Positions 9,935 to 18,887 of a stretch of DNA of 64,000 nucleotides are shown here, piece by piece; position 1 is the first letter of the stretch, and every line of letters begins with the position of its first letter. The notes below the pieces were generated by a model. It was not told where the DNA came from, ran no database searches, and saw only the letters and a program-made list of their open reading frames with translations. This DNA comes from Candidatus Saccharimonadota bacterium (GTDB taxonomy: Bacteria; Patescibacteriota; Saccharimonadia; CAILAD01; BJGX01). The stretch is from assembly GCA_046350735.1 (NCBI GenBank), contig JAXLZU010000001.1, forward strand, positions 493,767 through 557,766, read 5' to 3'. Position numbers and translations under genes: made by a program.

Positions 9935-10975
9935 ATGAAAGACACAAAACCGTTAATTGAGCATAAAAAGATTCCTATAACTGTTATTCAGGGGTTTTTA
10001 GGTGCAGGCAAAACTACCCTACTAAATTACATCCTAAATCATAATCAAGGCATGAATATTGGCGTAGTAGTAAATGATTTTGGCGATATTAATATAGACA
10101 GTGAGCTAGTTAAGAGTAAAACCGATAAGAAGCTTGAGCTTACCAGTGGCTGCATTTGCTGTAGTCTTCAGACCCTCGATTTGCAAGAAGCTATTGATCA
10201 GTTTACGTACTCTGGCAGCAATATAGACTACATCATTATTGAAGCAAGTGGCTTAGCTGAGCCGAGGGATCTAGCTATGACACTCAAACAAACAATAGGT
10301 GTACGGGTGCGCTTAGATGGCATTGTAACTGTCTTAGATGCACACAATCTTACAGCAAATGCCAAAGACCATTCATCTATTGCGCGCGACCAATTGCTTT
10401 TTACCGACTTTGTGGTTATTAATAAAGTCGATTTGGCCAGTAAACAACAGCTTGGTGAGGTTCGAGACATGATAGCTTCTTTTAGCCCCAAAGCGCGAGT
10501 ACTCGAATCAGAAAACGGCAAAATTGATGTACGTCTAATTCTCGACCAAGACCAATATAAAGTCCGTAGCCAGTTAGAAAAAGACAAGGCAGATCATGAT
10601 CATAGGCATCATTCTCACTTGCACGAACACTACTCTACCTTCAGCTGGACTAGTCAAAAGCCACTCGACCCAATGAAGCTTCAAGAGTTTATTAACCGCA
10701 AAATTCCCGCTAATGTATATCGGGCTAAAGGCTTTATTGACTTTGGTACTAAGGGACATATGCGTAAATATATCTTTCAGCTGGTAGGCGCGCGCCCTGA
10801 GATAGTGTGGGAAAACTGGAAGAACGTTCGGCCAGAAACCAAGCTTGTATTTATTGGCCGTGATATAGATGAAGCTAAGATTTCTTCTGAGCTGAAAAAA
10901 TGTATTGATAGCGATCCGGATGGATCATTGCCTGAGGGCATCGAGCTACAATTGCCGCAAAAAGCCGAATTCTAG
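9935..10975 (+). CDS. COG0523 (CobW/ZigA/YeiR family) G3E metallochaperone GTPase
   Basis: P-loop GFLGAGKTTLLN; CxCC metal motif (GCICCS); His-rich stretch HDHRHHSHLHEH; C-terminal CobW_C-like region. Confidence 0.75.
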   Translation: MKDTKPLIEHKKIPITVIQGFLGAGKTTLLNYILNHNQGMNIGVVVNDFGDINIDSELVKSKTDKKLELTSGCICCSLQTLDLQEAIDQFTYSGSNIDYIIIEASGLAEPRDLAMTLKQTIGVRVRLDGIVTVLDAHNLTANAKDHSSIARDQLLFTDFVVINKVDLASKQQLGEVRDMIASFSPKARVLESENGKIDVRLILDQDQYKVRSQLEKDKADHDHRHHSHLHEHYSTFSWTSQKPLDPMKLQEFINRKIPANVYRAKGFIDFGTKGHMRKYIFQLVGARPEIVWENWKNVRPETKLVFIGRDIDEAKISSELKKCIDSDPDGSLPEGIELQLPQKAEF

Positions 10976-10978
10976 GGC

Positions 10979-11401
10979 TTATTGTGTGACTGTAACAATT
11001 CCTGTCATGCTTGGGTGAATAACGCAACGATATTTGTAGGTGCCAGGGGTATTAAAGGTATGACTATACGATTTACCGTTAGCTAAGCTATCACTCGCAA
11101 AGCTACCGTCGTTAGCTGTTACTGTATGAACAGTAGAGTCATTATTTGTCCAGGTAACAGTAGAACCTGCTTTAATAGTAATGTTATCGGGGCTAAAAGC
11201 CATATCTTTTATTGTTACTGCATTGGTAGTAACTGTAGAGCCTGTAGAACTTGCCGTGCTAGAAGCAGATGTTGTTGTGTTGGGTGCAGTGGCGGTTTTC
11301 TTTCTATTGAGCACATAAAATAAGCCAACAGCCAATAGAAGTACTGCTATTACGGCTATCACAACTAGTAATGCAGACCCTTGTCGTTTCTTAGCAACCA
11401 T
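10979..11401 (-). CDS. Membrane-anchored cupredoxin (blue type-1 copper protein, plastocyanin/amicyanin-like)
   Basis: N-terminal TM helix; Ser/Thr linker; C-terminal domain with His (TVHTV) and C-x2-H-x2-M (YRCVIHPSM) copper-ligand pattern. Confidence 0.65.
   Translation of the reverse strand: MVAKKRQGSALLVVIAVIAVLLLAVGLFYVLNRKKTATAPNTTTSASSTASSTGSTVTTNAVTIKDMAFSPDNITIKAGSTVTWTNNDSTVHTVTANDGSFASDSLANGKSYSHTFNTPGTYKYRCVIHPSMTGIVTVTQ
11126..11323 (+). other. Antisense ORF inside the cupredoxin gene, not called
   Basis: 65 aa Cys/Arg-rich ORF fully within the opposite-strand cupredoxin CDS; included only to mark it as spurious. Confidence 0.05.
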
Positions 11402-11457
11402 AAATACCTTCCTTGTTTAATACTTATGTTTATTTTAGCATTATACAATCTTATCAA

Positions 11458-11937
11458 CTAGCAATTAATAGAACGTAAATTATTTTGATACTGAGCGTTA
11501 ATAGAGCTAAGATTGGCTGCGTGGGTGGCATTTTCTGCAGCAATGGCGGCTGCTGACGCGCCACTAGAATTTAAGAAATTAATTACATTTTGATGGCGTG
11601 TATTCTCGGCTGCCACCTGAGAATTGTATTGAGCAGTAAACGAGTTACGTTGTGTAGTATTACAGCGCTGAGCCGTTGTACCTCCTCCCCCGGTATTTAC
11701 TTGGGGCTGGGCAATATTTGGATTGGTCTGATCATTGGTGGGTGTGCTGCTTTGGTTGGTACTTGTGTTAGAGGTGGCTTGTGTGTTGGTTTCTGTTTTA
11801 GGCAGAGTAGCTGCATATCTAGCTGTGCTACCTATGCCTACAATAGCTAATACAGAAAGTATTGCCACTGCTGCTATTCGCAATGGCAGACTAATATCAC
11901 TAAAGTGAAAATTAAACTGACCAGTATCTTGTTGCAT
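11458..11937 (-). CDS. Hypothetical membrane-anchored low-complexity (Thr/Asn/Gln-rich) protein
   Basis: One TM helix near the N-terminus (IAAVAILSVLAIVGI); remainder low complexity. Confidence 0.4.
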   Translation of the reverse strand: MQQDTGQFNFHFSDISLPLRIAAVAILSVLAIVGIGSTARYAATLPKTETNTQATSNTSTNQSSTPTNDQTNPNIAQPQVNTGGGGTTAQRCNTTQRNSFTAQYNSQVAAENTRHQNVINFLNSSGASAAAIAAENATHAANLSSINAQYQNNLRSINC

Positions 11938-12197
11938 AACTACCTACATTATAGTTCTATTATAGTAAAAAGCATAACTTTATTGGCAAATATATAAGAC
12001 AATAATTACTAAAGAAAACAATGCTAGACGTTCGCGTAACTTCGGCGTAATATTATATATAAGTTTTGTTTTTGAGGCGGAGTTCTACAGGGGGTATATT
12101 ATTGCTATTTACACGCGTGATACTGTGTTTTCGTACTATGTTCGTATATACTATTAGCTATAGATAGTATTGTATCGCACGGTTGACGGTGCAAAAA

Positions 12198-12246
12198 AAG
12201 CCATATATAGTGTCTATTAGTTATCATAAGCGCTATATGTAGTGAT
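12198..12246 (+). promoter_or_regulatory. Candidate tandem NrdR boxes upstream of nrdAB
   Basis: Two imperfect 16-bp palindromes (aagccatatatagtgt and gcgctatatgtagtga) resembling the NrdR-box consensus acaCwAtATaTwGtgt. Centre-to-centre spacing about 32 bp, about 40-85 bp upstream of the nrdA ATG. Confidence 0.35.
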
Positions 12247-12282
12247 AGTCACAACAATTAATAAGTCTTTTGGGGAGGGTAA

Positions 12283-15009
12283 ATGACTTTTACAAATATA
12301 AAAAAACGTAATGGACAAGTAGTAGATTTTGATCGTAAACGGATCGAATTGGCTATATCTAAAGCCAACACAACAGTTGGTCAAGAAATTCCTGCAGGCG
12401 AGATTACCTTGCTAGTAGATAATGTTATTTCTCATCTAGAAAGCTTTACCCAAGATGCTGTACCAGAAGTTGAAACCATTCAAGACTTGGTCGAGCAAGA
12501 GCTGATGCGTGCAGACTACTTTAAGACTGCGCGATGTTATATTCTTTATCGAGAAGAACATAAGGCCATGCGCGAGCTCGAAGCCGAACGTAGTGCCGAA
12601 AAACTCGAGCATAATGCACTTAAAGTTACTCAGCCCGATGGTAGCGTTGAAAACTTTAGTTACTCACGGCTTATTACCGATCTTGTCGAAACAAGTAGTG
12701 GGCTCGAAGCTGATATTGATATTGATGAACTGGCTCAGTTAGCCAAGAGTAATCTATACGACGGCATTACCGTAGATGAGCTGCAAGAAGCGCTAATAAT
12801 GGCAGCCAAAACAAATATCGAAAAAGACCCTGCCTACTCTGCTTTGGCTGCGCGTTTACTTTTGCGTAAAATTTATCGTGAAGTACTCGGTGACGATAGT
12901 GAGGCTAATCTAAAAGAGGCTTACAAATCTACCTTTGTTAGTTTTGTTAAGGACAATGTCAAAGGTAATCGTCTAGACAAACACCTCTTAGAGTTCGACC
13001 TTGAAGCCCTAGCCGACTATATCGAACCTAAGCGAGATCACGAGTTTGACTATATGGGGCTCGATATGCTCTATGATAGATATTTTATGCAGATAGAAGG
13101 TCGCGGTACTCGTTTGGAAGCTCCGCAGATATTCTGGATGCGCATTGCTATGGGTCTCTCTATTCTTGAGAAGAAAACAGAAAAAGATGCCTCTGCCAAG
13201 AAGTTTTATGATGTGCTCTCAACACTGCGTTATGTACCATCTACTCCTACTCTTTTTCACTCAGGTACTACTTTTGCACAGCTTAGCTCTTGCTTCTTAA
13301 ATACTGTAGAGGACGATCTAAAACACATCTTTAAGGTATATCTCGACACTGCACTTATGAGTAAATTCTCTGGTGGTATTGCAACTGACTGGACAAACAT
13401 ACGTGCTACTGGGTCGCTTATTAAGAAAGTTAATATCCCTTCACAAGGTGTAATTCCCTTCTTAAAGATTGCTAATGATACAACAGTAGCTATTAGCCGT
13501 TCTGGTAAGCGCAAAGGTGCTACTTGTGTGTATTTAGAGACTTGGCATCTAGATATTGAAGATTTCTTAGAGTTGCGTAAAAACACTGGTGACGAACGTC
13601 GCCGTACTCACGATATGAATACTGCCAACTGGATACCCGACTTATTTATGAAGAGAGTCGAAGCCAATGCCGAATGGACGCTATTTTCTCCTAATGATGT
13701 ACCCGAGCTACACCATCTTTATGGTAAGGAGTTTGAGAAAAAATATGAAGAATACGAAAAGTTAGCCGACGAGGGTAAGGTAGAAATGTTTCGTCGTGTA
13801 CCAGCTGCTCAGTTATGGCGTAAGATGTTAACAATGCTATTTGAGACGGGTCATCCTTGGGTTACTTTTAAAGATCCATGTAATGTACGAAGTCCACAAG
13901 ATCATGTCGGAGTTATTCATAATTCAAATCTTTGTACCGAAATCACGCTAAATAACTCCAAAGAAGAAACAGCGGTATGTAATTTAGGCTCGGTTAATCT
14001 TGGTCGACATATAAGTGAAGGTAAGCTCGATCAAAAACTTATGGAAGACACTGTAATAACAGCAATGCGTATGCTAGATAATGTTATTGATATTAACTAT
14101 TACACAACTAAAGAGTGCGAAACATCTAATATGCGACACCGCCCTGTCGGGCTCGGCATAATGGGTTTTGCCGACGCTCTCTTTATGCTCAATATCCCAT
14201 TCAATTCAGAAGAAGCTGTTACGTTTGGCGATGAATCGATGGAGCTTGTGAGCTACTATGCAATTCTTGGCTCTAGCCAATTAGCCAAAGAAAAAGGTAA
14301 ATATAAGAGCTACAAAGGTAGTAAGTGGGACAGAGGCCTATTACCAGTCGATACTCTAGATCTTCTCGAACAAGAGCGGGGCCAGAAAATTGATGTAAAA
14401 CGCCGTGGCAAGCTAAACTGGAAAATTGTACGAGACCATGTAAAGAAATATGGTATGCGCAATTCTAACACTATGGCTATTGCTCCAACTGCATCTATAA
14501 GTAATATTTCTGGCTGTTACCCATGCATTGAGCCTATTTATAAAAACCTCTATGTTAAGTCGAATATGAGTGGTGACTTTACGGTGATTAATAGCTATCT
14601 TATAGAAGATCTTAAGAAGTTAAATATGTGGAACGAAGAAATGTTAAAGAAAATCAAGTTCCACGACGGATCTATTCAGAAAATAACTGAAATTCCACAA
14701 GAAATTCGTGCCAAGTATCAAGAAGTATTCGAAATCGACCCAGAGTGGCTCGTAAAAATTGCTGCCTACCGTGGTAAATGGATAGACCAAAGCCAAAGTC
14801 TAAATATCTTTGTACAAGGAGTATCCGGCAAAAAACTAAGCGATATTTATACGTATGCATGGAAAATGGGCTTAAAGACCACCTACTACTTGCGCTCATT
14901 AGCAGTTAGTCAGGTAGAAAAATCCACAGTAGATACGGCCGAGTTTGGGTCTACTCACAAACGCGAGTTTGCTACTGTTGCTGAGATGGCGCCGCAAAAA
15001 CAAGAATAA
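12283..15009 (+). CDS. nrdA: Class I ribonucleoside-diphosphate reductase alpha subunit with N-terminal ATP-cone
   Basis: ATP-cone (VVDFDRKRIELAISKA); long catalytic domain; strong SD ggggaggg before the ATG; followed by nrdB. Confidence 0.9.
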   Translation: MTFTNIKKRNGQVVDFDRKRIELAISKANTTVGQEIPAGEITLLVDNVISHLESFTQDAVPEVETIQDLVEQELMRADYFKTARCYILYREEHKAMRELEAERSAEKLEHNALKVTQPDGSVENFSYSRLITDLVETSSGLEADIDIDELAQLAKSNLYDGITVDELQEALIMAAKTNIEKDPAYSALAARLLLRKIYREVLGDDSEANLKEAYKSTFVSFVKDNVKGNRLDKHLLEFDLEALADYIEPKRDHEFDYMGLDMLYDRYFMQIEGRGTRLEAPQIFWMRIAMGLSILEKKTEKDASAKKFYDVLSTLRYVPSTPTLFHSGTTFAQLSSCFLNTVEDDLKHIFKVYLDTALMSKFSGGIATDWTNIRATGSLIKKVNIPSQGVIPFLKIANDTTVAISRSGKRKGATCVYLETWHLDIEDFLELRKNTGDERRRTHDMNTANWIPDLFMKRVEANAEWTLFSPNDVPELHHLYGKEFEKKYEEYEKLADEGKVEMFRRVPAAQLWRKMLTMLFETGHPWVTFKDPCNVRSPQDHVGVIHNSNLCTEITLNNSKEETAVCNLGSVNLGRHISEGKLDQKLMEDTVITAMRMLDNVIDINYYTTKECETSNMRHRPVGLGIMGFADALFMLNIPFNSEEAVTFGDESMELVSYYAILGSSQLAKEKGKYKSYKGSKWDRGLLPVDTLDLLEQERGQKIDVKRRGKLNWKIVRDHVKKYGMRNSNTMAIAPTASISNISGCYPCIEPIYKNLYVKSNMSGDFTVINSYLIEDLKKLNMWNEEMLKKIKFHDGSIQKITEIPQEIRAKYQEVFEIDPEWLVKIAAYRGKWIDQSQSLNIFVQGVSGKKLSDIYTYAWKMGLKTTYYLRSLAVSQVEKSTVDTAEFGSTHKREFATVAEMAPQKQE

Positions 15010-15038
15010 ATAATACACACCCGAGAGGAGAAAACAAT

Positions 15039-16073
15039 ATGCCAGTTAAGATGACCAAAGTAAGACCAGACGTAAATAAGCGCCGTATTATTAACGGTGA
15101 AGATGCTGATGTAATTCAACTGCACCCCATGAAACATAGCTTTGCATGGGACGCTTATCTAGCCGGTAATGCCAACCACTGGCTACCGACAGAAATTGCT
15201 ATGCAAGATGATATAGAACTGTGGAAGTCCCCTCGCCTTTCTGATGACGAACGATTAGCATTTAAGACTGCTCTTGGGTTTTTTACAACTGCCGATAGTA
15301 TTGCTGCCAATAACTTAGTGCTGGCATTTTATAAGCATGTTACAAGCCCAGAATGTCGTATGTATCTGCTTCGTCAGGCTTTCGAAGAAGCCATTCATAC
15401 TCATGCCTATCAATATATTGTGGAGAGCTTAGGTATAGATGGTGGTGAGGTATTTAATATGTACCGCGAAAATACCGCTCATAATTCAAAGGCCAATTTT
15501 ATTCTTGGCTTTAATGAAGGTATTTTTGATGATAATTTTCATACCGGTACATTCGAAAACGATCAGAAATTTTTAGAAAATCTTTGTGTGTTCTCGCTAA
15601 TTCTAGAAGGTATATTTTTTTACAGTAGTTTTGCGGTAATATTCGGGTTTCAGCGTCAAAATAAACTAGTTGGTTCTGCCGAGCAGATTCAATACATTAT
15701 GCGCGACGAATCTCAGCATCTTAACTTTGGTATTAATATGATAAATGCCATAAAGGAAGAACAGCCAGAACTATGGAATGATGAATTCCAGAAACGAATT
15801 ATTAATTTAGTAAAAGAAGCGGCAAAATTAGAGTATAGCTATGCTCAACAGGTGTTTCCGAAAGGTATTTTTGGGATGAATTCGGATGGATTTAAGCAAT
15901 ATATTGAGCACATTGCAGATAGACGCCTTAGCGCCGTGGGTCTGCCAAAGCAGTTTAATGTTAAGAATCCATTCCCCTGGATGAGTGAAGCAGTAGACCT
16001 TTCTAAAGAAAAGAACTTCTTCGAAACTCGTGTTACTGAGTATCAAACAGGCGGCACACTTAGCTGGGATTAA
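15039..16073 (+). CDS. nrdB: Class I ribonucleotide reductase beta subunit (di-iron/tyrosyl radical)
   Basis: Ferritin-like iron ligands (EEAIHTHAY, DESQHLNF) and conserved Tyr region. Confidence 0.9.
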   Translation: MPVKMTKVRPDVNKRRIINGEDADVIQLHPMKHSFAWDAYLAGNANHWLPTEIAMQDDIELWKSPRLSDDERLAFKTALGFFTTADSIAANNLVLAFYKHVTSPECRMYLLRQAFEEAIHTHAYQYIVESLGIDGGEVFNMYRENTAHNSKANFILGFNEGIFDDNFHTGTFENDQKFLENLCVFSLILEGIFFYSSFAVIFGFQRQNKLVGSAEQIQYIMRDESQHLNFGINMINAIKEEQPELWNDEFQKRIINLVKEAAKLEYSYAQQVFPKGIFGMNSDGFKQYIEHIADRRLSAVGLPKQFNVKNPFPWMSEAVDLSKEKNFFETRVTEYQTGGTLSWD

Positions 16074-16192
16074 AAAGCTTATTCGATTCCTCGCGCGGAC
16101 AAGAAGAATTTAGACTATTTTTAGTCACCATTCTAATTTTTACTTGAGTGACCTTAGTTGTCTAATGAATATTATTAGTCCTCACTTGAGAA

Positions 16193-17101
16193 TTACATGG
16201 TAGCAAGCTGAGTATATAGCTCTAAAGTATGCTTCGCATTTGGTTCAATATTTATTTCTGCTAAAGCCTGTTCTGCTGGTGCCCAAATGTAGTCTTGGGC
16301 TTCATTATTTAATTTTACTTTTTTAGAATTTACCTGAGCAACGTAGTCTACAAACATATGATGTACGTAATCTTGGTAATAACCAGAGTTCTTAATTTGG
16401 TCGAAAGTAGCAATATGCTGGCCTATATTAGCATTCAGACCAGTTTCTTCGTTAATTTCTCGTACCAATGTCTGATGTAATCGCTCGCCTCGGCGTACTT
16501 TACCACCTACTATCGAATATTTACCACCCCATTTGTGTGTCTTAACTAAAAGAATTTCGGGTAGGCTCGTAGAGTTTGCTTGGTATTCAATAATTCCACC
16601 TGCAGCTACCACCGATCCTGGCCCGACTAATTTTTGCATCATTTTGTAAAGTTTTGATTTAGTAGTGGTCGAGCTTGCATGCGGAAGCAACCCGTTACTT
16701 ACTATGCTTTCAGCTAGATTTTGTGGACTAATAATATTTGAGTTCGGCACATAGACTGGTAAGTCTTTTGGTTTGTGGCTAAAATAACATGGCACGTTTA
16801 GACTAAGTGCTATGCCAAGTTCGAATGCTGCACTACGGCCAATGTAGCCACCAGGATTAACAAAATAGCTAAAACCATTGGGTGCCAGCTTGTGTAAGTT
16901 GTGCAAATATCTTAGCTCTACAAAACGCGGGTCTAACCCCTCCTCTTGCTCTAGCAGTAAAAAGCTTCCATTTATTGCAGTAATCTCTAGTGGGTCTGGC
17001 GCCACAATTTTTATGCCAGCAGTTTTGAAGGTATTAGCAGCCGATCGAATATCTTCGAAGTGTCTGCCAAAGCTACCATGCAGCACTGCTTTATATTTCA
17101 T
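16193..17101 (-). CDS. Fusion protein: N-terminal LOG/nucleoside 2-deoxyribosyltransferase-like (SLOG-fold) domain + C-terminal NUDIX hydrolase
   Basis: C-terminal Nudix box GGKVRRGERLHQTLVREINEETGL. N-terminal about 150 aa carry PGGYIGRSAAFELG, resembling the PGGxGTxxE / DxGTxFExG motif of LOG and NDT/DNPH1 families. Confidence 0.65.
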   Translation of the reverse strand: MKYKAVLHGSFGRHFEDIRSAANTFKTAGIKIVAPDPLEITAINGSFLLLEQEEGLDPRFVELRYLHNLHKLAPNGFSYFVNPGGYIGRSAAFELGIALSLNVPCYFSHKPKDLPVYVPNSNIISPQNLAESIVSNGLLPHASSTTTKSKLYKMMQKLVGPGSVVAAGGIIEYQANSTSLPEILLVKTHKWGGKYSIVGGKVRRGERLHQTLVREINEETGLNANIGQHIATFDQIKNSGYYQDYVHHMFVDYVAQVNSKKVKLNNEAQDYIWAPAEQALAEINIEPNAKHTLELYTQLATM

Positions 17102-17103
17102 AT

Positions 17104-18522
17104 CTAACTAATTATTTTTGTAATTCGTTTTAGCGATTCTTCTTTACCAAGTGTGGCGAGTATATCGAATAAGCCAGGTGCTTGCTCGCGACCTGTTAAG
17201 CTAATACGAATAACAGAAAATAATTGCCCTGTCTTAATACCAAGTTTTTCAACCAAATCTCTTAGATCTTTCTCTAAAGCATCATGTTGAAAACTATTAT
17301 TTTCTAATACGTTTACAGTTTCTTCTAACCAAAGCTTAATATCAGCAAGTGATTCCTTTTTACAAAGAAGTTTTGTATCTACTTTTGGAGTCTCAAAGAA
17401 TATTTCCATTACAAACTTGGCTTCATCTAGTCGCTTTAGTCGGTCTTTATCTAGATTTAGTACCTTTTCGAAATATGATTGGTTGGCGTACCATTCGGCT
17501 GGTACAAATGGTCGTACTTTTTCACTTAGATCAGATATAGAAAGTTTACGAATGTATTCCCCATTCATCCAGTCGAGTCGTTCTAGATCAAACCGGGCTG
17601 GTGACTTTTGCAATCGGCCCAAATCAAACTTGGCAATTAGCTCATCAAGGTTGAAAATTTCCTGCTCACTGCCATCGTTCCAGCCTAGAAGTGCTAAAAA
17701 GTTAACTAGGGCTTCTTTGAGATATCCTTTGGATTCGTATTCGAGTACATCCACATCACCATCTCGCTTACTTAACTTCTTTTTACCATCTGGGCCTAGA
17801 ATTGGTGGCAAGTGTACAAACTTTGGTTCTTTCCAGCCGAGCACTTTATATAATAATACGTGCTTGGCCGTACTGCTGAGAAACTCATCACCTCTAATAA
17901 CATGACTTATCTGCATTAAATGGTCATCAACTACGTTAGCGAAGTTATAGGTTGGGTAGCCGTCAGCTTTCATGATGATGAAGTCGTCAATCAGATTATT
18001 GTTGGTTTCAAAACTACCACGAATTTCGTCATGCCATTTAGTGCTACCTGTACTAACTTTTAGCCGAATTGGCAAACCTGTAGTGTCACCTGATGTCTTG
18101 GGCTCCATAGTGTACTTGTATACAAACGGACGTTTGGCTGCAATTGCTTCTTCACGCAGTGAAGAGAACGCCTCTGGCGTAATAGCCGAATAGTATGCTA
18201 AGCCCTTCTCCACTAGCTCTATGGCATATTTTTCATAATGTGGCAGCCGCTCTGATTGAATATACGGACCAACTTCACCGAGCTTTGGCTCGGTTTCATA
18301 CCATACACCTTCATCTGGGTGAAGACCAATCCAGTCAAGACTCTTAATAATCTGTTCTACGCCTTCGGCAACAAAACGCTCTCTATCAGTATCTTCAAGG
18401 CGTAAAATAAATTCACCATTATTTGCTTTGGCAAATACATAGTTAAATAGTGCGGTGCGCACCCCACCAATATGTAATAGCCCAGTTGGGCTGGGTGCAA
18501 ATCGAGTTCTTACTTTATTCAT
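17104..18522 (-). CDS. gltX: Glutamate--tRNA ligase
   Basis: RFAPSPTGLLHIGG (HIGH motif) and KLSKRDG (KMSKS). Likely start is the ATG encoding MNKVRTRFAPSP at 18522; the ORF track extends 22 codons further upstream. Confidence 0.9.
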   Translation of the reverse strand: MNKVRTRFAPSPTGLLHIGGVRTALFNYVFAKANNGEFILRLEDTDRERFVAEGVEQIIKSLDWIGLHPDEGVWYETEPKLGEVGPYIQSERLPHYEKYAIELVEKGLAYYSAITPEAFSSLREEAIAAKRPFVYKYTMEPKTSGDTTGLPIRLKVSTGSTKWHDEIRGSFETNNNLIDDFIIMKADGYPTYNFANVVDDHLMQISHVIRGDEFLSSTAKHVLLYKVLGWKEPKFVHLPPILGPDGKKKLSKRDGDVDVLEYESKGYLKEALVNFLALLGWNDGSEQEIFNLDELIAKFDLGRLQKSPARFDLERLDWMNGEYIRKLSISDLSEKVRPFVPAEWYANQSYFEKVLNLDKDRLKRLDEAKFVMEIFFETPKVDTKLLCKKESLADIKLWLEETVNVLENNSFQHDALEKDLRDLVEKLGIKTGQLFSVIRISLTGREQAPGLFDILATLGKEESLKRITKIIS

Positions 18523-18548
18523 AACGCCAATTATACCAGATTGGCTAA

Positions 18549-18887
18549 CTAATCGCTCATCATTTCTTCTGGTGAAATTTCGTTCCAATATCCATCAGGC
18601 ATTTGTCGATAAAAAACAATTTTTTTGCTTGTTTCTTCGCTGTCGTATATATACTCTACATAGTCAGCCGGCCCGCGGTGGTGATAAATGGTTTTCTTAT
18701 CGAGAATAGCTGGGCTTTCGATATTGTCTATTCTGTACTTGATATTATCTTTCTCAAATTCTATTCGCTCAATAGCCCTCTTATACTTTGGGTTATCAGG
18801 TAACTGCTCTGTAAATTTGTCTCTAACATCAATAGTATACATATCGTCGATACGCATTGTTAACTCGTCCCAGTTTTTTTCGTTCAT
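18549..18887 (-). CDS. Hypothetical small acidic protein
   Basis: 112 aa ORF; ATGA start/stop overlap with the upstream zinc-ribbon membrane protein gene suggests co-transcription. Confidence 0.4.
   Translation of the reverse strand: MNEKNWDELTMRIDDMYTIDVRDKFTEQLPDNPKYKRAIERIEFEKDNIKYRIDNIESPAILDKKTIYHHRGPADYVEYIYDSEETSKKIVFYRQMPDGYWNEISPEEMMSD

Noticed and set aside
16074-16192. Short palindromes (cttgagtgacc / tcctcacttgag) between nrdB and the NUDIX fusion gene
   Set aside because: Only 5-8 bp imperfect stems without T-tracts; insufficient for a terminator or operator call.
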